Of a stretch of DNA of 64,000 bases, positions 56,834 through 64,000 are shown piece after piece. Each line of letters begins with the position of its first letter. Position 1 is the first letter of the stretch. Origin of the DNA: Massalongia carnosa (lineage: Eukaryota); NCBI GenBank assembly GCA_965645245.1, contig OZ287071.1, forward strand, positions 2,728,001 to 2,792,000, written 5' to 3'. The position numbers and the translations under genes were made by a program. The notes under the pieces were generated by a model. The model worked only from the letters and a program-made list of their open reading frames with translations. It had not been told where the DNA came from and ran no database searches.

Positions 56834-59800
56834 TCGCCGCTGCTGCCTCCCGACCGGCGACTACTATCAAAGAGGCATCGGCAAGTCCTAAGACATTGGA
56901 AGTCGCACCCTGCATAGAGTACGAAATAACACACGCTAAAGAAACAGCAAAAGCACTAATTGACAGCGGAAGTGAAGTTAACCTTATTTCTAGAGCTTAC
57001 GCAAATATATGCGCTCTGACAGTGTTACACTCCAGCGTCAGTTTGGAAGCTATTAATCACCAGCAAGTCATGACACATGGCATGGGTCTGTTGGTGTTCG
57101 GGGTAACTGATCAATTAGGTCAGCAACGTTTCTTTGAGGAAACATTCCTAATAGCAGATATACCTCATAATATCGTGTTGGGCATGCCATTCCTGCAGCT
57201 AGCCAATCCCGATATCGATTGGTCAGCAAGGACCCTGAATTGGCGAGAACTAAGCGTTCAATCGGCCCTGATGACTACTCATCGGATAGAGATTATAGAA
57301 CCAGAAGTCTTCATAGAAGAGGCGTTATCAGAAGATACACCGACCTACGTGGTCCATGCTAAGGCGCTAGGTGTAGATAACATCCATTCAAGCCGTCGAG
57401 CTAGAATAGCCTCAGTGAAGGTACAAGAAATCAAGGTCCCTGAGGCTTATAAGGATTTCGCAGATGTCTTTTCGGAAGATAGTGCAGCCAAGCTACCAGA
57501 GCACGGGCTACATGATCATGCGATCGACCTCGTGGATGGAAAGCAGCCTCCATATGGACCTATTTATAGCCTATCAGAAACAGAGCTCACAGTGCTAAGG
57601 GCCTACCTCGATGCTCACCTGGCTAATGGGTTTATCCGGCCATCTACCTCACCAGCTGGAGCTCCTATTCTCTTCGTGCCTAAGGCAAATGGTACCCTGA
57701 GGCTCTGCGTGGATTATAGGGGTCTGAACAATCTGACAGTTAAAAATCGCTACCCGCTACCATTAGTAGGCGAGTCTTTAGATCGACTAGGACGGGCCAA
57801 ACAGTACACCCAATTGGATTTGACTGCAGCCTATAATCGCATCAGAATTAAGAAAGGCGACGAATGGAAGACAGCCTTTCGCACCCGATATGGCCATTTC
57901 GAATACTGCGTCATGCCGTTCGGATTATCCAATGCTCCGGCCTCCTTCCAAGCCTATATCAATAAAGCGTTGGCACTAAAACTGGATGTCTTCTGCATCG
58001 TTTATTTGGATGATATACTGATCTATACCGAACAGAAGGGTAAGGCCCATGAAGATGCTGTGCGATGGGTGTTAGAACAACTCCGCAAGCATGGCTTATT
58101 TTGTAACTTACAAAAATGCCGATTCAGCACCGACGAAGTCGAATTCCTAGGCTATGTCATCAATCCTAAGGGTGTTTATATGCGAAAAGATCGCATCCAA
58201 GCAGTGCAAAATTGGCCACGGCCCACATGCGTACGCGATGTACAGGTGTTCATAGGCTTCGCGAATTTCTATAGACGATTCATTCGTGGGTTCAGTAAAA
58301 TAGCAGGGCCACTTACCGCTATGCTGAAAACAAAGCCCGCTAATCATAGACAGAAAGCACCTAAGGGTGTCGAATGCGAGTTCCTTACGGAGGAAGCTCT
58401 AGAGGCTTTTGAGAAGCTGAAAAAGTCGTTCATAGAGGCCCCGGTACTAAGGCATTACGATGCTAGTAAACCAGTACGCGTGGAAACCGATGCGTCAGGT
58501 TATGCTATTGGCGGCATATTGGCTCAGCAAGATGACGAGGGACAATGGCACCCTGTTGCCTATTACTCACGCAAGATGCTACCGGCTGAGCGTAATTACG
58601 AGACCCATGATGCTGAACTATTAGCGATAGTCGAGGCCTTCAAAATTTGGAGACATTACCTTGAGGGGTCGTCTCACGAAATTCTCGTGTTGACTGATCA
58701 CAATAACCTTACGAGGTTTATGGATACCAAGCGCCTAAGCGGCAGGCAAGTAAGGTGGGCTCAAGAGCTTTCCAGGTATAATTTCCGCATCGATTATCGT
58801 CAGGGTAAGAGGAACCCAGCCGATGGGCTGTCAAGACCTCCTACCGCTGGCGATGATGATGGCGAAGTGCTGGTTGAAAACCGCAAAACGCTCCACCTTT
58901 TGCAGACATCCCTAGCAGATAAGAACGCACGCGTTTGTCTAATGAGGGCAATGTCAGGGGAGTCGTTAGATGATGCTTCTGGCCCGACGGGGTCTCACCA
59001 CGGTGAAATACGGAAGATCATAACATGCGGAACATTGGTTGTTCCGAAGGTGAAGGCATACTGGAGTTCATTGCGAAACTCTCTCGCACAGCGCGAGTCA
59101 CCTTATACTCAACCCGCTTCTAGGGGAGTATTAGAGCGTCTTCCTGAGTTGCAACAGGTTGACGAGGTCGCTATCACTGTTCGGAAAAGGTTAGCTACCT
59201 TGAAAGACAGTGACGTGTCGGGGACACAGGAGGTGGCGCCCTCCAGCGAGCCATGGTCGGACTCGGACCACTGTCTATTCCATGAAGGAAAGGCCTACAT
59301 CCCAGCCTCCTTACGAGGAGAAATTCTTGAGTTAAATCATGATGATCCGCTGGCAGGGCACTTCGGGAAAGACAAGACGATTGAGCTAGTGAGTAGAAAG
59401 TACTACTGGCCATCGATGAAGTCAGACATAGCACGCTATGTAGAGGGTTGCGACGTCTGCATGAGTAGCAAAGCTACGAGGCATAAGCCTTATGGAAACT
59501 TGCAGTCGTTGCCTATACCAACTCATAAGTGGAAGGACATTACGATGGACTTCGTCACTGGCTTACCTAAGAGTAAGGACTGGAGGGGAGTTGATTATGA
59601 CTCCATCCTAGTCGTCGTTGATAGGCTCACCAAGATGGTGCACTATGAGGCAGTGAAGAAAACGCTGACTGCTGAACAGTTAGCTGAAGTGCTAAGGCAC
59701 TGCGTGTTCAAGTATCACGGCCTACCTGACTCCATAGTCACCGATCGGGGCTCGCTATTTACATCAAACTTCTGGTCATCCCTATGCTATTACATGAAGA

Positions 59801-60708
59801 TAAAGCGTAGGCTAAGCACAGCCTTCCATCCACAAACAGACGGTCAGACAGAACGTCAAAATAGTACCATGGAAGCTTACCTTAGGTCTTACTGCCGTTT
59901 CGAGCAAGATGACTGGGTGCAATGGCTCCCTACCGCTGAATTTGCATACAATAACACCCGTCATTCAAGCACCAAGCTCACCCCGTTCGAGGCTAATATA
60001 GGCTACCACCCAAGGATGAGTTATGAAGATAACCAAGACCCTCGATCGAAGTCGAAGACAGCTGAGGAACAGGCTAAAAATCTACGCGATTTGTTAGCAG
60101 AGTTGAAAAATAACCTGCAATTAGCCCAAGACAATCAAGCCAAATATCACAATAGAACGGTGAAAGAACGTTGCTACGCTCCCGATGATATGGTTTGGCT
60201 AAACAGCAAACATATTAAGACGAAAAGGAACAAGAAGCTTGAGCATAAGTTCTTGGGTCCCTTTAAGGTGTTGAGGCCTGTAGGCACTCAAGCTTACGAG
60301 CTAGAACTTCCGAAAAGTTGGAAAATACACCCAGTCTTTCATGTGTCTCTGCTGGAAAGAGACACCACCAGAAGGGAGGTAGTAGACGAACAAATGGCTG
60401 AACAGCTTGAATTCGAAGACGATGACATGCAAGAGTATGAAGTAGAGTGCATACGAGATAGTGCAGTCTATGCAAAAGAAGCAGAAGACGGACGACCGGC
60501 TGGATTATATTATCTAGTGCATTGGAAAGGTTATCCCGACGCGGAAGACACATGGGAGCCCGTCGCCGGCGTCAAACATCTACGAAAGCTATTGAGGGAA
60601 TTTCATGAGAAAAATCCTACCAAGCCAACAGCAAAGTCCACCCCTCAGGCCACTAGGACTCCCTCATTAGCGAAAGAAACAGGACGACGCACAAAGAGGA
60701 CTAAATAA
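56779..60708 (+). CDS. pol: Gypsy 3 Pol (PR-RT-RH-IN-chromodomain), entered by -1 frameshift
   Basis: ALIDSGS, YLDDIL, ETDASG, ITMDFV, VTDRG, DGQTE, YEVECI..YLVHWKGY..DTWEP; uninterrupted frame. Confidence 0.94.
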   Translation: MWIPRTLGKRLSPSKKSIVAAAASRPATTIKEASASPKTLEVAPCIEYEITHAKETAKALIDSGSEVNLISRAYANICALTVLHSSVSLEAINHQQVMTHGMGLLVFGVTDQLGQQRFFEETFLIADIPHNIVLGMPFLQLANPDIDWSARTLNWRELSVQSALMTTHRIEIIEPEVFIEEALSEDTPTYVVHAKALGVDNIHSSRRARIASVKVQEIKVPEAYKDFADVFSEDSAAKLPEHGLHDHAIDLVDGKQPPYGPIYSLSETELTVLRAYLDAHLANGFIRPSTSPAGAPILFVPKANGTLRLCVDYRGLNNLTVKNRYPLPLVGESLDRLGRAKQYTQLDLTAAYNRIRIKKGDEWKTAFRTRYGHFEYCVMPFGLSNAPASFQAYINKALALKLDVFCIVYLDDILIYTEQKGKAHEDAVRWVLEQLRKHGLFCNLQKCRFSTDEVEFLGYVINPKGVYMRKDRIQAVQNWPRPTCVRDVQVFIGFANFYRRFIRGFSKIAGPLTAMLKTKPANHRQKAPKGVECEFLTEEALEAFEKLKKSFIEAPVLRHYDASKPVRVETDASGYAIGGILAQQDDEGQWHPVAYYSRKMLPAERNYETHDAELLAIVEAFKIWRHYLEGSSHEILVLTDHNNLTRFMDTKRLSGRQVRWAQELSRYNFRIDYRQGKRNPADGLSRPPTAGDDDGEVLVENRKTLHLLQTSLADKNARVCLMRAMSGESLDDASGPTGSHHGEIRKIITCGTLVVPKVKAYWSSLRNSLAQRESPYTQPASRGVLERLPELQQVDEVAITVRKRLATLKDSDVSGTQEVAPSSEPWSDSDHCLFHEGKAYIPASLRGEILELNHDDPLAGHFGKDKTIELVSRKYYWPSMKSDIARYVEGCDVCMSSKATRHKPYGNLQSLPIPTHKWKDITMDFVTGLPKSKDWRGVDYDSILVVVDRLTKMVHYEAVKKTLTAEQLAEVLRHCVFKYHGLPDSIVTDRGSLFTSNFWSSLCYYMKIKRRLSTAFHPQTDGQTERQNSTMEAYLRSYCRFEQDDWVQWLPTAEFAYNNTRHSSTKLTPFEANIGYHPRMSYEDNQDPRSKSKTAEEQAKNLRDLLAELKNNLQLAQDNQAKYHNRTVKERCYAPDDMVWLNSKHIKTKRNKKLEHKFLGPFKVLRPVGTQAYELELPKSWKIHPVFHVSLLERDTTRREVVDEQMAEQLEFEDDDMQEYEVECIRDSAVYAKEAEDGRPAGLYYLVHWKGYPDAEDTWEPVAGVKHLRKLLREFHEKNPTKPTAKSTPQATRTPSLAKETGRRTKRTK

Positions 60709-62539
60709 GGCCAGCACTCTTTTCCTACCACCTGCCCACGAAAAAAGGTTGGAGGTTTTTAATGAGGCTGCGCTAGGAGCTCAGCAATGTGTTGCAGTAA
60801 CGTCATGCTCGATTCCATCCAGGCCAGTAGCTCTTTTCCTAGCACCTTCCCTAGAAGGGAGGTGGGAGGTTTTTAATGAGGCTGAGCCAGAGCATCAAGT
60901 TATGTTATCCTAATATCTTCCAAGCTCTTACAAATCCCAACTCTTGCTAGCCTGCATTCAAGCGGCCATCGACGTTAAAGCCATCGGCACGATTAACCGC
61001 TTGCAATTACCACGCGATGATGGGCTGAACGCACGAACTACCTGGGATGAATTTCGCAGGAGCTCATTACTAGAAGGGAGGTAATTGTAATAGCGCGGCA
61101 ATACAGGACTGCGCTAGCTCCTGGGATGACTCACCCAAGAAGACCGGGTGACTGATAATCCGGATGCTTAGTCATGATAAGGCGGATAGCAATACTAAGC
61201 CATCAGCAATCAGCCTTACCAGTTTGTTAGGCAGCAACTGAAGCTATTCAGATAAGCCTCGACCTCATGGGAGGCCTGGGACGCCTAGGAGACCTCAGCT
61301 GAAGGCAACAAGGCAGACAGGTAACCAGACAAGTAGTTAGTAAATAGGACCCCAAGGGGTATATAGAAAGCTCGATTCCCATCTTCAGGGAATCAGCTTT
61401 TAGCTTTAGCACCTACCAATCTATTAGCAGTCACACTGAGCATTATAACCCATAAGGACTAGTGTCTACTGTCCTTCTTATAAGGAGAAAAGAAACAGAA
61501 AATCCAAAGTGGGCGAGTATAAGACTCTGGCGAACGGAACTAGTCCCAATCCAGCCGTTGATCCAATTTCCCCAAGTCCCTAGCATGAAACTATCGCCAT
61601 GACACTATTGATAGTCGGAACACTTACCTTTGCCCTGACTGAACCGGATTAAGCTTAGTTCCTTTCGGATCGGCTAACCGGCTAGTGCTTCGTTCAAGCA
61701 CCTAAAGTTGATCCAATGAACTAACTGGCAGGTTCCCAGTCACTCCATGACAGGGGTAAGAAGGGCGGAATAGACGCATTTCTCTATCGAAACAAGGTAC
61801 TTTTGCCTCTGCTATACCTATTCTATGAAGAGGTTCAAAGGGCCCATCCTGACAAAAATGTATGATTGATTGAAGAAAACGCACTATCTCACATCAAGGC
61901 CGCTAAGCAATGCAAGGAGGATCGAGAGAAACGAGACATTTTCAAAGTGGATTGGCCGGCTAATTCTCCAGATTTAAACGTTATCGAGGGGTTGTGGGCC
62001 AGTGAAAAAAGACGATTGATGCCGGAATGGTTGAAAATTCGAGGGGCTGGAAAAGACGCTCAGAAGAAGGCACGAGAATTTCTGACAAATGCATGAAATT
62101 CTTCCGAGTTAAAAGACTCAACAGAGTACCTTTCTGCTGAATAGAAGATGAAATTGTGGCGCTGCATAGACGCAGAAGGCAGGAATAATTTTAGAGGATA
62201 GAAACAATTCCTCTTGAGCACATGCCTCCCCCTTTGTTTTGTTGGAACTGTGACTGCAACAGGCGGAATAGTAGCACTGGGTAATTGATATGACTAGTTC
62301 GACAAATGAGTTCTTGCACATGCAAAACAAACTGGGAGAAACGATTGACTTTCTACCACTACGTAGGGTAAAACTGCTCCTATTTATGCCCGTCTACCAG
62401 CGATTCCAGAAGCTTCCATTTCCATCTCATCGGTTCCTTCTTCCGATGCGCTTTCTGACTTCATACAAATTTGCCACCGCCCCAAGCCTTTCCTTGCAGA
62501 TTGCCTCAGTACCTCAGACGTGCGTGGCTCTATGAGCCG

Positions 62540-62613
62540 GCTAAGCCCCTCCGGGTTAGCCTATTTTCGCTAAGCCCCTTCGGGTTAGCGTCGCTAATTC
62601 CCTTCGGGTTAGC
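62540..62613. repeat. Three tandem self-complementary units gctaa..ccc-t(t/c)cg-ggttagc
   Basis: Read directly; each unit can fold as a hairpin. Confidence 0.8.
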
Positions 62614-63114
62614 GGCCCTTTAGCTGACTACGCATGCTACGGGCGGCACATCTGAGCGCAAAACTCTGTATTTTTGTCAGATCCGGCTTATTTTGGTGCG
62701 CGCTCATACAAATTTTTGGCTTAACCTCAAAAATCATCAAGAATCAAGTTGACGGCGGAATCAACTACGCGCAACGACATTTCATAAATTATGTAATAAT
62801 AGAAATGATGCTTTGATATACATTCTATCGATTAATCAATATTTTAATTACATATCGATGCAAAATTGAGTCGCAATATCGATCTCGCGACGAGGACTCG
62901 ACTTTGACTCGAAATTTCGACACCACCACAGCAGACTCAACGGGTCACTAGCTCCAGTTTTTCATTGTCGGCGCTTCTGATCATTAATCTGATCCTCCGA
63001 GCGTTGTTTTCGAAAGCCTAAAATCGTTGAATGTGATGAACTTGCTTGATATGCGTTTTGCGGGCTAAGAATCCAACTCGCGAATCGTCGAATATCGCTC
63101 GCGAACACATCGAA

Positions 63115-63290
63115 ATGGACGATCCTATAGCGTCGATAACTCGCGAGCAGGTGAGGACCGTGATTTTAAGTAAATTCGGCTTTTATCCAAAGAATGAGTA
63201 AGTTGACGCTATCATGACTTTAGCACAAGATCAAAAGGATCTGATATTTATCGCCAAGACTGGATTTGGAAAGAGTATTATCTTTCAAGC
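63115..63290 (+). pseudogene. N-terminus of a RecQ-like SF2 helicase, truncated by Gypsy 4
   Basis: MDDPIASITREQVRTVILSKFGFYPKNE*VDAIMTLAQDQKDLIFIAKTGFGKSIIFQA: Q-motif region (CAA>TAA) plus Walker A. Not in the ORF track. Confidence 0.75.
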
Positions 63291-64000
63291 TGTGACGAGG
63301 CGGCAACGGGGGGGCCTATTCAGGTGGTGAAGGTGGTGGCATTGCTAGCTATGACTATACTAGATAGACAAGACGAACACAAGGAAGAAAGCATCAATTG
63401 CTGCAGAGATTTTCCATGTAACTCCCGGAACCCATTTCCTTACCTGAATACGGTTAGCTCCCCACTAAGGCTAACGCGATACCTAAAACATTTAGCGTGT
63501 CGGGAGGTATCGCTTAGCAGAGCATCTCGCGCTCACACCATGACAGTAGCTCCCCCTTCAAGGCCTGCTTCCACGCAGGCTTTATAGCTTCAGGGTGTGA
63601 GCTATCGTGGCTTGGCTGGGTATCGTTGATGAAATTCTGCTACCCTTTCCTTGGCGTTAGTAACATACTCAGCATACTCCCAGGTGGGGTCGTTCCAGCC
63701 CGTCCATTGCACCAGGTACTTTAGGCGGTTTCGAAATTTCTTGGAGTCTAGAATTTCTTCAACCTCGTATTCTTCTTCGCCTTCGACTTCAATAGGTGGT
63801 GCGGGAGGGGGGATGTGATCGGGATGAGGGTGTTGCGGCACGGGCGAGAGAAGGGATACGTGGAACACAGGATGAATTTTCATGCCGGGGGGCAGCTCGA
63901 GTTGATACGCGTATTTGCTTACCACCTTAGATATCTTGAATGGACCCAGATTTTTCCAGTCAAGCTTTCGAGCAGGTCTTTGAGTACGGATGTTCTTAGT
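63291..64000 (-). mobile_element. 3' end of Gypsy/chromovirus 4 (continues beyond window)
   Basis: LTR 63291..63545 (TGTGAC/TGACA termini), PPT gaagggggag, IN C-terminus [11 protein letters not shown] and chromodomain YEVEEILDS. Confidence 0.9.

Larger units (their letters stand above)
55182..61482 (+). mobile_element. Gypsy/chromovirus LTR retrotransposon 3, apparently intact, TSD AGGAG
   Basis: 397-bp LTRs 55182..55578 and 61086..61482 (2 differences seen); aggag at 55177-81 and 61483-87; PPT agaagggagg. Confidence 0.96.
55093..61752. mobile_element. Solo LTR B (~354 bp), TSD GGGGT, split by Gypsy 3
   Basis: TGTCACGG at 55093 and CCATGACA at 61752; ggggt at 55088-92 and 61753-57. Confidence 0.85.
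54233..62200 (+). pseudogene. Degenerate Tc1-family transposase carrying nested LTR insertions
   Basis: KPLLT..HRKRL, IIYSDEA, FTIMQ*G; ERRG|KKGGIDAFLYRNKVLLPLL joined across solo LTR B; IEENALSH, WPANSPDLNVIE. Confidence 0.85.

Overview
Filamentous-ascomycete-type genomic DNA (short GT-AG introns with CTRAC branch sites) that is mostly nested transposable elements. These include two MULEs, a Ngaro/DIRS tyrosine-recombinase retroelement, one Copia, four chromodomain Gypsy elements, solo LTRs, Tc1 and pogo/Fot1 DNA transposons and a truncated LINE. Four apparently intact non-TE genes sit among them: (1) a spliced SesB-like hydrolase/NB-ARC/TPR NLR with 11 near-identical 126-bp repeats varying at only a few codons; (2) an intronless gene with the full architecture of the Spok spore-killer family (coiled coil, PD-(D/E)XK nuclease, Cys/His cluster, kinase), directly downstream of a Copia-disrupted HNH-type pseudogene; (3) a GPI-anchored cell-surface protein; (4) a five-exon, six-Cys, Kex2-processed small secreted protein absent from the ORF track. 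The best candidate for an undescribed system is the intact Spok-like toxin/antidote gene, in a conflict-gene island with the hypervariable NLR. All family calls come from motif recognition by eye; no database search was run.
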